A stretch of DNA of 63,650 bases, from positions 1 to 63,650 of the forward strand of contig JBECKQ010000254.1 in the NCBI GenBank assembly GCA_040235375.1, in the 5' to 3' direction. The notes under the pieces are model-generated. The model was not told where the DNA came from. It saw only the letters and a program-made list of their open reading frames with translations, and ran no database searches. Of this stretch, positions 45,470 through 55,120 are shown piece after piece; the stretch's first letter is position 1, and each line of letters begins with the position of its first letter. The translations under genes were made by a program, and so were the position numbers. Source of the stretch: Phycisphaerae bacterium (GTDB taxonomy: Bacteria; Planctomycetota; Phycisphaerae; UBA1845).

Positions 45470-46723
45470 ATGCCGGAAGTCCGCCCTTTCAGAGCCCTGC
45501 GCTACGATTTCAACCGGTTCCACGGCAATGTCTCTTCCCTGATTGCACCACCGTACGACGTGCTCGATCAGGAGGACAAGGACCGGCTGCTGGCGCGTAA
45601 TCCGTACAACATCGTGGCCGTGGACCTGCCCCACATCCCGCCCAAGGATGAAGGGCCGGCGCAGGCGTATCTGGACGCGCAGTTCACGCTCGGCGTATGG
45701 ACCGCCGAGGGTACGATCGTGCGCGAGGAGAAGCCGGCGCTCTATGCGTACGACCAGACCTTCGAGCATGAGGGCAAGAAGCACACCCGCCACCAGTTCA
45801 TCGCGGCGGTCCGCCTGCACGACTTCAGCGAGGGGATCGTCCTGCCCCACGAAAGGACGTTCGGCGGGCCGAAGAAAGACCGCCTGGCGCTCACCAAGGA
45901 AACGCGCTGCAACATCTCGCCGGTGTTCGGTCTCTATACCGACCCGGACAATCAGGTCGGCAAGGCGCTATGGCGGGCAACCCAGCAGCCGCCGGACGCT
46001 TTCGGCAATCTCGAGGGCGTCGAGAACCGGCTCTGGGTCCTCACCGACAAGTCGATTCTCGAGACAGTCGCTGCCGCCATGCAGCCGAAGAAAATCTTCA
46101 TCGCCGACGGCCACCACCGCTACACCACGGCACTCAACTATCGAGATCACCTGGCCCAAATGCACGGCGGCCTCGCCCCGGATCACCCGGCCAACTTCGT
46201 GATGCTCGTTCTGGCGAGCATGGACGACCCGGGCTGCATCATTCTCGGCTACGGACGGGTTCTCGTCGATGAAGCGCTTGACGCTGCCGCCCTGATGAAA
46301 GCGTGGTCACAAGGCGTGGCCGAGACCGATGCAAGTGACGCCAATCTGACACTTTACGACGGCCCCTCGGGAACGACGCTGCACCTGAAGTTCACCAACC
46401 GGTCGATCCTGGACCAGCTTGCGGCCGACCGGAAACCCGCCTGGCGCAAGCTCGACATCGCGTATCTCCATCGCTACCTGATCGACAAGCTCGCGGCCGA
46501 GCGGCTGGGCCATGCTCCGGAGATTCAGTACGTCAAGTCGCAGGACATGGCGCGGCGCATCGCCGAGGAGCGGTCCGGCGTCGCCCTGCTGCCGCGGCCC
46601 GTGCCGATGGAGCAACTGCGAGCGGTGAGCGAGGCCGACGAGCTCATGCCGCAAAAGAGCACGTACTTCTATCCGAAGCTGGCGACCGGGCTGACCATCT
46701 ACCCACTCTACAACGAAGATTGA
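45470..46723 (+). CDS. DUF1015 family protein
   Basis: Start 'MPEVRPFRALRYDF' with GGAG upstream. 'LIAPPYDVLDQ' and 'FIADGHHRY'. Confidence 0.85.
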   Translation: MPEVRPFRALRYDFNRFHGNVSSLIAPPYDVLDQEDKDRLLARNPYNIVAVDLPHIPPKDEGPAQAYLDAQFTLGVWTAEGTIVREEKPALYAYDQTFEHEGKKHTRHQFIAAVRLHDFSEGIVLPHERTFGGPKKDRLALTKETRCNISPVFGLYTDPDNQVGKALWRATQQPPDAFGNLEGVENRLWVLTDKSILETVAAAMQPKKIFIADGHHRYTTALNYRDHLAQMHGGLAPDHPANFVMLVLASMDDPGCIILGYGRVLVDEALDAAALMKAWSQGVAETDASDANLTLYDGPSGTTLHLKFTNRSILDQLAADRKPAWRKLDIAYLHRYLIDKLAAERLGHAPEIQYVKSQDMARRIAEERSGVALLPRPVPMEQLRAVSEADELMPQKSTYFYPKLATGLTIYPLYNED

Positions 46724-46726
46724 TCG

Positions 46727-47599
46727 ATGCCCGCAAAGAAGCGAACCAACCGGCTCCATCTTCTCCTGATGACGGCAGCCATCGCGGCCATCGTGCTCCC
46801 CGTTGGCTGCGGCCCCGCTCCGGTGAACCTGTTCAACCAGGCGAAGCCGGCGACGCCCGCGCAGCCGGCGTACGACGACAAGGACTGGGCGGCGGTGCTG
46901 CGCGAGAACGTACGCGATCGTCTCGTCGATTACCGGCATCTGGCCGAGCATCGCGAGCCGCTCGACGCGTATCTTCGCCAAGTCGAAATGGTCGGGCCCA
47001 AGTCCACACCGGGTCTGTTCGGCGAGCCGCAGGCGCCGCTGGCGTACTATCTCAACGTCTACAACGCCTGCGTTCTCAAGGCGGTGCTGGCGGCCGGTAT
47101 CCCGCCGACCATGCATGACGTGCACGGCGTGTCTCTCGATTACGGCTACCGCTTTCGCGTCGAAGGACAGATCGTGACGTTGGCGCAAATCCGCGAAATG
47201 GCGCGCGAGGCGAGTGTTGGCAACGCCCGATTCGAGCTGGCGTTGTGCGACGCGGCGATCGGATCGCCGCCGATTCCCGCCGAACCGTTCCGCCCGTACA
47301 ACGTAGACGAGCATCTGCAGCGTATCGCCCGCGAGGCGATCGACGATCCGAACCTGGTGCGCGTCGATCACGAGCATCAGCGGTTGCTCGTCGGCCTGCC
47401 GATCTGGTCGCATCGCGAGGAGTTCCTCGCGATGTACTGCCGCGAGACTGGGAGCAGCAGCGCGACGATGCTGAACGTGCTGATGCATCTGGCCAGCGGC
47501 ATCCGTCGGCAGTATCTCAGTCGGGCGTCCGGCTACGACGTTCGTTTGCTTCCGTTTGATCGCCGACTCAACATCTGGCAGGCGGCCTCGGGCGGCTGA
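46727..47599 (+). CDS. DUF547 domain lipoprotein
   Basis: Lipobox 'AIVLPVGCG' and 'AYYLNVYNACVLKAVL'. It starts 3 nt after the DUF1015 stop. Confidence 0.8.
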   Translation: MPAKKRTNRLHLLLMTAAIAAIVLPVGCGPAPVNLFNQAKPATPAQPAYDDKDWAAVLRENVRDRLVDYRHLAEHREPLDAYLRQVEMVGPKSTPGLFGEPQAPLAYYLNVYNACVLKAVLAAGIPPTMHDVHGVSLDYGYRFRVEGQIVTLAQIREMAREASVGNARFELALCDAAIGSPPIPAEPFRPYNVDEHLQRIAREAIDDPNLVRVDHEHQRLLVGLPIWSHREEFLAMYCRETGSSSATMLNVLMHLASGIRRQYLSRASGYDVRLLPFDRRLNIWQAASGG

Positions 47600-47663
47600 T
47601 CGCGGTGCCGCCGGTCGCGGCTTTCGAATTGGAAACGCACCCGCGCGGGGGATAAGCTTTTCT

Positions 47664-48140
47664 GTGCTGCTCTATCTGTTTTTGCTGTTCACGATCCTGC
47701 CGATCCTCGAAATCTGGGTCTTGCTCCAGATCGGGCACGTCATTCACGTCGGTCCGACGATCGGCCTGATCCTTTTCACCGGAGTCGTCGGGGCGGCCCT
47801 GGCACGGCGGGAGGGACTGCGCACGTTGAGCCGCATTCGCGAGAACCTGTCGCAGGGGGTCATGCCTACGAGCGAGTTGGTGGATGGCATGCTGATCTTT
47901 CTGGCGGGCGCGTTGCTCGTGACGCCGGGCGTCATCACCGATGCGTTCGGGTTTCTGCTTCTGATTCCCTTCTTGCGCCGCTGGTTTCGGCGGCAACTGT
48001 CGGATTACTTCAAGCGCAGAATCGTCGTGGTCGGGCCGGCCGGTTCGCCGTTCGAGCACGAGGTCATCGACGTGGAAGCGCGCGACGTGACCGACCAACC
48101 GGCGGACACGAAGCGGGATTACGGTCACCTCGAAGACTAG
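47664..48140 (+). CDS. fxsA: FxsA family membrane protein
   Basis: GTG at 47664 with GGGGGA upstream. 'ILPILEIWVLLQIG' and 'LLVTPGVITDAFGFLLLIP'. Confidence 0.8.
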   Translation: MLLYLFLLFTILPILEIWVLLQIGHVIHVGPTIGLILFTGVVGAALARREGLRTLSRIRENLSQGVMPTSELVDGMLIFLAGALLVTPGVITDAFGFLLLIPFLRRWFRRQLSDYFKRRIVVVGPAGSPFEHEVIDVEARDVTDQPADTKRDYGHLED

Positions 48141-48162
48141 GCGGCGGGCCGTCTAGGCGCGC

Positions 48163-48200
48163 AAAAAAGGCGTGACCGACAAACCGACTCGGTTGCGCCC
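48163..48200 (-). terminator. Rho-independent terminator oriented on the minus strand
   Basis: The minus strand reads GGCG-CA-ACCGA-(9-nt loop)-UCGGU-CA-CGCC followed by UUUUUU (complement of the A6 run at 48163-48168). On the plus strand the T-run is missing. Confidence 0.45.
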
Positions 48201-49400
48201 TTCAGAGTATTCGGATCCAGTTGCTCGCGAAAACCCGTCGCCGGGAAGCCGCGTCCTCTCCTGGAATTAGCCTGTCGTCCAGAGTCTTAACAGCCGTCGC
48301 GTATCGCGTGTATTGGTTCGCGAAACCACTTCGCCGTCGGCCGTTTCCTCGGCCCTGTGGCATTCCGACGGCGGCTGCCGGTTGAGCCCCGGTTAAAGAA
48401 CTCAACTCGTCCTCTCTTCGACTTCGGCTTTCCTCCAGAGTCTTCAACAACCAGTCCTAGTCCGCCGAACCGCGTGGCGATTACGGCAAACTCCTCTCAT
48501 GGGCTTTCGTTCCCTTCAGCACGTTCCGGCGATGAGGGTCCACTTCCCGCGGGGATGCCGACCCCGCTACGTTCCGCCTTCAGGGTTTGATTACCCTCTT
48601 GGCGGTTTACTCCCCTCAAAGCTTGGCCGGGCTTGTTTCGTCCCGGCAGCGCTCCTGGGATTCTCCCCTTCGAAGCGCCTCGCGAAAGGTGGCTGCCGTC
48701 TTTCGACGACCGCTGGACCTGCTTGCCGTTAGCCCAGCACGATTTCCCGCAACTGCTAACAGCTACGAGCCGGTGCACTGGACACCGACTTCCAGGCTTT
48801 GACCCTTTCGCGAGTTCCAGAGCCGCCCGAAGCGGGTTAGGCCTCGACCAACCTGAAAGCTCCCTTGGGGTTTCCCCCTTCCAGGGCAAACCACCGAGCG
48901 CCTTGAACGGGTTTCCACCCGCTCTCCCCTTACGCGCTTCGCGGAATGCAGCAGCGCCAACTGCAGCAGCGCTACGCCCTAGGGTTTCAATCAGCGTCCG
49001 GCTGGCATGCACTCACCGTTATCAGCGAGCCAACGACGGCAAGAGCACACAACCCTCTTAAGGTTTCCGTGCCAGTTTCATCCGAATCGTTGGAGGCGCC
49101 GACGATCGTGGCTTATGAATTCGCCTCACAGCCGGCCAGCCGTTACCGGCCGATCCAACCTGATCTTCTGATCGCCTGAAAAGCGCCTCGGCCGGAGCCG
49201 AATCGGATCAACCTGAGGCACCCGAGTCGCAATGGCTTATCGGCCACGCATCCAGATTTTACGCCGCAATCGGCCGGTCGCAAACGACGCGCGTCGGGTC
49301 TGCGGATATCACAGACCTGAAAGCAAACCGATTCGCACTTTGCGGCACGCGCAGCACATCGCGTCTCGGGCAATCCCCTACGGCAGGGCGCGATTAACTT
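48163..49400 (-). ncRNA. Candidate large structured non-coding RNA, family unknown (5' end undefined; may extend to about 49650)
   Basis: There is no credible ORF. The minus-strand sense is purine-rich. Many perfect hairpins are capped GAAA/GGAA/GCGA/UCCG on the minus strand, and G.U pairs appear only in the minus-strand reading. A terminator sits at the 3' end. Confidence 0.35.
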
Positions 49401-49821
49401 TTTTTCAGGGATCTTCGCTCATCGAGAAATCACAAGACGACCCATTTTGACACCGTTATCCGACGGTGGATCAGTCGTCTGTTAGCAACGCTGGCTCGCG
49501 CCTGTAACTGACTCAAACACAGCGGTTTGGGACCGTGCCTCGCCGTCACGGCCATCGCAGACGCGTACACGCCGCGATTGACCTTAATCACACGGCAGGC
49601 TCTAATGCCGCTCGCGCGCCTGCCGCAATGCTGGGTGCGTAAGGTCACCTTAATCCTCGCAGGAGCATGGCATGACGTTCATCGTCCAGGGGTTATTGTT
49701 GCTGTGGGTCCTTTTGGGCTTGTCGTGGATCGTGGCGCACGCATAGCTCGAGCGCAACGACGGTTCGGACGCTCGGGTATCGCCCCGGCGGCACCGCCCT
49801 CCCTCGCAGAACGCAGGATTT

Positions 49822-51009
49822 ATGACCGACAATGAGAGGCAACCGGCCTCGCGGCCCTGCCTGATCGCGGATCGGGTTCGCAACATCCGCCAGACGGCGC
49901 TCCGGCGGATCAGTGCTCGCTGCGCCGAGGTGGGTGGCATCAACCTGTCCCAGGGCGTCTGTGACCTGCCCGCGCCCGAGGCCGTCAAAGCCGCAGCCAG
50001 CAAAGCGATCGACGACGACCACGCGATCTACACGAACCTGGCCGGTGTGGCGAAGCTTCGCCGGGCCATTGCCGAGAAAATGCGGTCGTTCAATGGAATC
50101 GACATCGATCCGCAGACACAGCTGGCGGTTACGGTGGGGGCGGCGGGCGCGTTTGCGTGCGTCGTGAATGCGACGCTCAATCCCGGCGACCAGGTCGTCG
50201 TCTTCTCGCCGTTCTACAACTACTACGTTGACGTGCTCACGCTCGTGGGAGCGAGTATCCGGTTTGTGCACACGCGCCCGCCGGTCTGGGCGTACGACGA
50301 TCGCGCACTGGCCACGGCCTTTACCGACCGGACGCGCATGGTGCTGATTAACACGCCGGCGAATCCAACGGGCAAGGTCTTCACTCCGGACGAGTTAGCG
50401 CAAATCGCGGCCCTCGCCGAACGCCACCACGCGCTGATCGTTACCGACGAGGTGTACGAATACATCACCTACGAGACCCCGCATACGAGCATCGCCGCGC
50501 TGCCGCAGGCCGCCGGGCGGACGCTCACCATGAGCAGCGGGTCGAAGACGTATGCCGTCACCGGCTGGCGGGTCGGCTATGTGGCGGGGCCGGCCGAGAT
50601 CATCGAGAAGATCCTCGTCGTGAGCGATCTCTACTACATCTGCGCCCCCGCGCCGCTTCAGCACGGACTGCTTGCGGGGCTGGCGTTGCCACCAGCGTAC
50701 TACGACGAACTCCGGGCCGACTACCGGGCAAAGCGGGACATGCTCGCGGACGCTTTGCGCGATGTGGCCTTCCAGCCGTTCGTACCGCAGGGGGCTTTCT
50801 ACATGATGGCCGACTTCGGAGCGGGCCGCTGGCCGAATGCCATCGCCGCGGCGGAGTCGATCCTCGAGAGCGTGGGGGTGGCCAGCGTTCCCGGAGCCCC
50901 GTTCTATGCCGACCCCGTCGAAGGAGAGACCCAACTGCGATTCTGCTTTGCGAAGCGCACGGCCGACCTCGAGGAGGCTTGCCGCCGGCTTCGGCACCTC
51001 GCCCGCTGA
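49822..51009 (+). CDS. PLP-dependent aminotransferase, class I/II
   Basis: 'SSGSKTYAVTGWRVGY' (Schiff-base Lys motif), 'INLSQGVCDLP' and 'LINTPANPTGKVF'. Confidence 0.9.
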   Translation: MTDNERQPASRPCLIADRVRNIRQTALRRISARCAEVGGINLSQGVCDLPAPEAVKAAASKAIDDDHAIYTNLAGVAKLRRAIAEKMRSFNGIDIDPQTQLAVTVGAAGAFACVVNATLNPGDQVVVFSPFYNYYVDVLTLVGASIRFVHTRPPVWAYDDRALATAFTDRTRMVLINTPANPTGKVFTPDELAQIAALAERHHALIVTDEVYEYITYETPHTSIAALPQAAGRTLTMSSGSKTYAVTGWRVGYVAGPAEIIEKILVVSDLYYICAPAPLQHGLLAGLALPPAYYDELRADYRAKRDMLADALRDVAFQPFVPQGAFYMMADFGAGRWPNAIAAAESILESVGVASVPGAPFYADPVEGETQLRFCFAKRTADLEEACRRLRHLAR

Positions 51010-51159
51010 CGTCCCCACCGACGACCTGCGACCCGCCGGCTGCCCGCTGTTCAATGGACAACCGCCCCGGCCTGTCCAATAATGCCCGGTTGCCGGAGGC
51101 GTTCTTCGCCGCGGACCGCTGTCGCGAAGCAGTCCCAAAGCGCAACTGAGGAAAGGAAC

Positions 51160-52227
51160 ATGCGGAAAACACTGGCTGCGATGCTGCTTTTGTCTCCACT
51201 GGCTGCCGCACGGCCGGCCTGCGCCCTGCTTCAGGTCGGTGACAAGGCCCCGCCGTTGAAGGTCACCGACTGGGTCCAGGGCAAGCCGTTCGACATCCAG
51301 AAGGACGGGAAGGGCAAAGTCATTCTGCTTGAGTTCTGGGCCACTTGGTGCGCTCCCTGCATTCAGATCATCCCGGACACGAACGAGCTGGCCCGGCGGT
51401 ACAAGGACAACGGCCTGGTGGTCATCGGCGTCACCGATGCGGGTCAGGGCCAGACGCTGCGTACGGTCCAGGACTTCGTCGCCAGCCAGGGTAAGCGGAT
51501 GCGGTACCGCGTTGCTTTTGACAGCACGCAGGAGTCGTTCCAGACGTACGTTACGGGTACCGGCGGAATGGGCATTCCGCACGCGGTGGTCATCGGTAAA
51601 GACGGCAAGATCAAGTGGATCGGCCACCCCGCCGATCCGGAGATGCGCGAGACCATCATCGACCTGCTGCTCGATCGTTACGACCCCGCCAAGATGGAGA
51701 AGCGGGCGGCGATGAACGCCCGCATCGAGCCACTGCTCAACGAACTGTATTCGTCGCTCAATGCGGGTGACTGGGCCAAGAGCATGTCCCTGACGGATGC
51801 CATCCTGGCGATCGATCCGGCAAACATGGAGGCCCTTCAGCTTCGCGTCATCGTCATGACCGAGGAGTTGGACTCGACGTCCGACCTGCGATCCTGGGCG
51901 CGCGATTTCATCACCAAGCACGCGGACGACAGCGATGCGCTGGCGAAGCTGGCCGGCCTGCTCATGGCCATGCCGGACATCACGGATCGCGAACCGGCGC
52001 TAGCTCTGCAGGCGGCGGAGCAGGCCTACAAGGCGGATGGGAAGGACGCGCGCGTCGTGCAGACGCTGGCCTCTGTCTACTTCGGAATCGGCGACGTGGA
52101 CGCCGCCGTCAACTACCAGGAGAAGGCCGTGGAGGTCTCGAACCCGCTCGAACAAAGCGAGGCGCGCGAGTACCTCGAGTTCTACAAAACCTGCCAGAAA
52201 CTGGCCGCCAAGCCTGCGTCCGGCTGA
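51160..52227 (+). CDS. Secreted TlpA/ResA-like thioredoxin-fold protein fused to TPR-like repeats
   Basis: Start 'MRKTLAAMLLLSPLAAA' and 'LLEFWATWCAPCIQIIP' (CxxC). The C-terminal half is helical-repeat-like. Confidence 0.85.
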   Translation: MRKTLAAMLLLSPLAAARPACALLQVGDKAPPLKVTDWVQGKPFDIQKDGKGKVILLEFWATWCAPCIQIIPDTNELARRYKDNGLVVIGVTDAGQGQTLRTVQDFVASQGKRMRYRVAFDSTQESFQTYVTGTGGMGIPHAVVIGKDGKIKWIGHPADPEMRETIIDLLLDRYDPAKMEKRAAMNARIEPLLNELYSSLNAGDWAKSMSLTDAILAIDPANMEALQLRVIVMTEELDSTSDLRSWARDFITKHADDSDALAKLAGLLMAMPDITDREPALALQAAEQAYKADGKDARVVQTLASVYFGIGDVDAAVNYQEKAVEVSNPLEQSEAREYLEFYKTCQKLAAKPASG

Positions 52228-52298
52228 TCGAGCCCGTTCGGCTTGACCTCGGACCGGGCATCTTCTTCAATCTACGCATCGCTTGGGGAAGAAACGCC

Positions 52299-52601
52299 GT
52301 GTCCGATTTGCCGCCCACGCCTCGCGACGCCGATCTCCACCCCGATGGGGCGGAGCCGTCGTTGTCGGACGAGCATCGCATGCTGATCGAGATTCGCGAC
52401 ACGTTGTACGAAGGTAACTGGGAAGACTTCGCCCGCGATCTGGAATCGCGACGCCGCGGTGAGCCGCACGTCTTCGAGACCATGCCCGCGACCCCGGAAA
52501 TGCAGGAGACGATTCGAACGCATCTTCGCCTGATTGAGGAGATGCAGACGTGGGAGCGGGCGCACGGCCGCGTTCTGACGAATCGTCGCACCGTCTCGTG
52601 A
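52299..52601 (+). CDS. Hypothetical protein (100 aa)
   Basis: GTG start. The composition is acidic and protein-like, with no recognisable motif. Confidence 0.4.
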   Translation: MSDLPPTPRDADLHPDGAEPSLSDEHRMLIEIRDTLYEGNWEDFARDLESRRRGEPHVFETMPATPEMQETIRTHLRLIEEMQTWERAHGRVLTNRRTVS

Positions 52602-52651
52602 AAATCGCGGCCGCCGCTCGCCGCCAGGTTGGAAAGAGGAGCTCCGTTTCG

Positions 52652-53932
52652 ATGAAGCGATCACTCGCCGCAGTGCTGTCAATCTGCCTCTCGATGTGGA
52701 TGTCCGGCGCGGCCAACGCCGCGGAGGTTGCGATCACCGCGGGCGAACTGCGGCCGTTCGGCTATCAACCGATGTGGGACCAGGCGCTGGACATGGCCGA
52801 CAGCGGGCCCGCCGTCGCCGCGTATCTGCTGGACGACAACCTCTACGTGGTCACCGCCAACGGCGACGTGCTCACCGTGCGGGCGGACGTCGGGCTTTTG
52901 CGATGGACGCAGCACGTGGCCGACAGCGTCACGCCGATCTTTGAACCGACGCACTCTGCCGGGCCCGACGGGCGACCCCTGGTCATCTTCGAAACGACGC
53001 GCCGCACGATGATCTTCGACCGCTACTCCGGCGACATTGTCGCCGACATGCCGATGGACAAGGCGGTGTCCAGTCCGGCCGTCGCTTACCAGAACATGAT
53101 GTTCTTCGGTAGTTACGACGGCCACATGTATTCAGTGCTCTGGGGCGACCCGCGATCGACTTCGGCCATCCCGCGCTGGCGCGTGATCGCCGGTGGTCCG
53201 GTCACGAGCAAGCCTGTGCTGGCGGCCGAGGGAGAGAATCTCATCTTCGCCTCGCAAGGTGGGTCCGTTTACAGTTGCACCGCAGCCTTCAAGATTCTCA
53301 ACTGGGAGTTTCGCACCGGTGGCCCGGTCACCGGGGATATCTTCGTCGATCCCAGCGGCACGTACGTCGCCAGCACGGACCGTTCGCTGTACCGACTCGA
53401 CACGGTCAGCGGCGTGCAGCGCTGGCGCGTTCGCTTCCCCGAACCATTGGGGGAAGGTCCTGTCGCCGTCGGCGGTGTGGTCTACCAGTTCAATGTCCGC
53501 GAGGGGATCGCAGCGGTCGACGCGGATCGTGGCGAGGTGATGTGGCATAACGGCGACGCGAGGTATTTCCTTTGCCGGCACGCTGACCGCGATCTCTTTC
53601 TGACCGACAGCAATCGGCTGCTCATGATCGACGTGAAAACTGGACAGTCGGCGGCGTCCGCCCCCCTGGCGACCCCTGTGCTGCCGGCGCGGAACACGGA
53701 GAGCGATGCGTTATACCTGGTTTCGCAACGGGGCGTCGTGCTCTGCGCCCGACCGATCGGTGCGGCTTATCTGACGCCCGAGGATATGGCCGCCGCCGGC
53801 GCCGGACTCCACCGGCCACCCACGGCCACCGCGCCCGCCGACCAGGAGCAGTCTGAGTCGCCGGAGTTGCCGCGAACCCAACACCCGTTTGACCTCAACG
53901 ACCCCCTTCGCAGCCGGGCCGATCATGAATGA
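52652..53932 (+). CDS. PQQ-like beta-propeller repeat protein (BamB-like), secreted
   Basis: Start 'MKRSLAAVLSICLSMWMSGAANA' with AGAGGAG upstream. Repeated 'G.VY..D..G...W.F' blades. Confidence 0.8.
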   Translation: MKRSLAAVLSICLSMWMSGAANAAEVAITAGELRPFGYQPMWDQALDMADSGPAVAAYLLDDNLYVVTANGDVLTVRADVGLLRWTQHVADSVTPIFEPTHSAGPDGRPLVIFETTRRTMIFDRYSGDIVADMPMDKAVSSPAVAYQNMMFFGSYDGHMYSVLWGDPRSTSAIPRWRVIAGGPVTSKPVLAAEGENLIFASQGGSVYSCTAAFKILNWEFRTGGPVTGDIFVDPSGTYVASTDRSLYRLDTVSGVQRWRVRFPEPLGEGPVAVGGVVYQFNVREGIAAVDADRGEVMWHNGDARYFLCRHADRDLFLTDSNRLLMIDVKTGQSAASAPLATPVLPARNTESDALYLVSQRGVVLCARPIGAAYLTPEDMAAAGAGLHRPPTATAPADQEQSESPELPRTQHPFDLNDPLRSRADHE

Positions 53933-53987
53933 TGCGGGCCGCCGGTCTTGACGGCCGCGGCGCGATCTGCAACGATTGCATACTGAC

Positions 53988-54061
<74 letters not shown>

Positions 54062-54111
54062 GTTCAACTCCGCGGCCTCTGACGCCTGCTGAATGGCCGG
54101 AAAACAGCCGC

Positions 54112-54816
54112 ATGCGGAATGAAATCCTGGCAATCGCGGTGGAAACGTCCGGCCGGCTCGGCAGTGTGGCGATCGGGCGCGGCGACGCCGTACTGGCCAG
54201 CGCGGAATTCAGCACCCAGCACAACCACGGCGTCGAGCTCCTGCCTACCGTCGTCCGCCTTAGCGAGCGGGTCGGGATCCGCGCGCACGAGTTCCGGCAC
54301 GTGTACGTCTCCGGGGGGCCAGGAAGCTTCACCGGTCTGCGAATCGGCATCTCGTTCGCGAAAGCGATGGCCCTGGCCACGGGCGCTCAGGTCGTACGTG
54401 TCCCGACACTCGACGTCGTAGCTCAAAACGCGCTCGAGATCGCCCCGCCGCCTCCCAGGGTGGCCGTCGTCCTCGACGCCAAGCGCGGTAACGTGTACTG
54501 CGCCGGATTTCGTCTCGAGGACGGGGCGTACCTCGCGCTGGACGAGCCGGCGGAACGCGACCCCGCGTCCTGGCTGCAGGAGCAGGTGCCCGTTGTCGTG
54601 CTGGGGGAGGGAATCGCATACCACCGACCGGCGATCGAGTCGGTTTCCGGCGTGCAGATCGGTTCCGAACGACTGAACCAGCCGCGCGCCGCCACTGTTC
54701 ACCGACTTGGCCGGGCTCTGGCGGCCACCGGTCGATTCATCGATCGCCGAGAGCTGATCCCGATCTACGTCCGCCGCCCGGAGGCGGAAGAGAAGTGGGA
54801 GCAGCGGCACTCGTAG
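54112..54816 (+). CDS. tsaB: tRNA N6-threonylcarbamoyladenosine biosynthesis protein TsaB (YeaZ)
   Basis: 'ILAIAVETSGRLGSVAI' and 'VSGGPGSFTGLRIGISFAKAMALA'. Confidence 0.9.
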   Translation: MRNEILAIAVETSGRLGSVAIGRGDAVLASAEFSTQHNHGVELLPTVVRLSERVGIRAHEFRHVYVSGGPGSFTGLRIGISFAKAMALATGAQVVRVPTLDVVAQNALEIAPPPPRVAVVLDAKRGNVYCAGFRLEDGAYLALDEPAERDPASWLQEQVPVVVLGEGIAYHRPAIESVSGVQIGSERLNQPRAATVHRLGRALAATGRFIDRRELIPIYVRRPEAEEKWEQRHS

Positions 54817-55120
54817 CGGAGCCTGATTCGAGCCGCGCCTCATCTCCTGTTTTCCGTTTCCATTGCGGATTACGGCAATTTAACCCGTATCTTAGGTGTA
54901 CGTCAGGATCGCCGCGTATCCTCTAAAGGGCGAGCGGTTCATGGCCACCTCGCGGCGGACGGCAGTCGTGGCAACTCATCGACCGGCCGACATCTCCGGG
55001 GTTGCTGTGTACGAGTAAATGAATGGAGCTCTCACGTACCGCATGGTGGCGGCTGGCCGTGCGTTATGCTGCGCCGCAGGACTCGGATGATGCCGTGCGC
55101 CACGGGCTGGGTTCAGTGAA

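Noticed and set aside
48420-48445. Minus-strand 'CUGGAGGAAAGCCGAAGUC' resembling the RNase P RNA P4 motif GGAGGAAAGUCCGGGC
   Set aside because: The match covers only about 10 nt. I could not find the other conserved RNase P regions (AGGGUGAAA, GUAAGAGCGCACC, ACAGAACCCGGCUUA) in the following 300 nt, so I did not call RNase P RNA.
48497-49012. 171-aa ORF (minus strand) inside the large non-coding region
   Set aside because: Its Gly/Arg/Ser/Lys-rich sequence has no recognisable domain and no obvious RBS. The long open frame is expected because the minus-strand sense is very U-poor, so stop codons are rare. I treat the region as an RNA candidate rather than a CDS. A decayed pseudogene remains an alternative that blastx should test.
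49380-49405. T7 run on the plus strand (49399-49405) after a short CCCU/AGGG hairpin, as a possible plus-strand terminator
   Set aside because: The stem is only 4-5 bp and is separated from the T-run by about 10 nt. No plus-strand gene ends upstream of it.
54817-55120. 304-nt intergenic region between tsaB and the HAD gene, examined for an sRNA, SRP RNA, 6S RNA or tmRNA
   Set aside because: I could recognise no conserved core motif of those RNAs and found no convincing promoter/terminator pair. It contains only a 25-codon ORF of doubtful significance.
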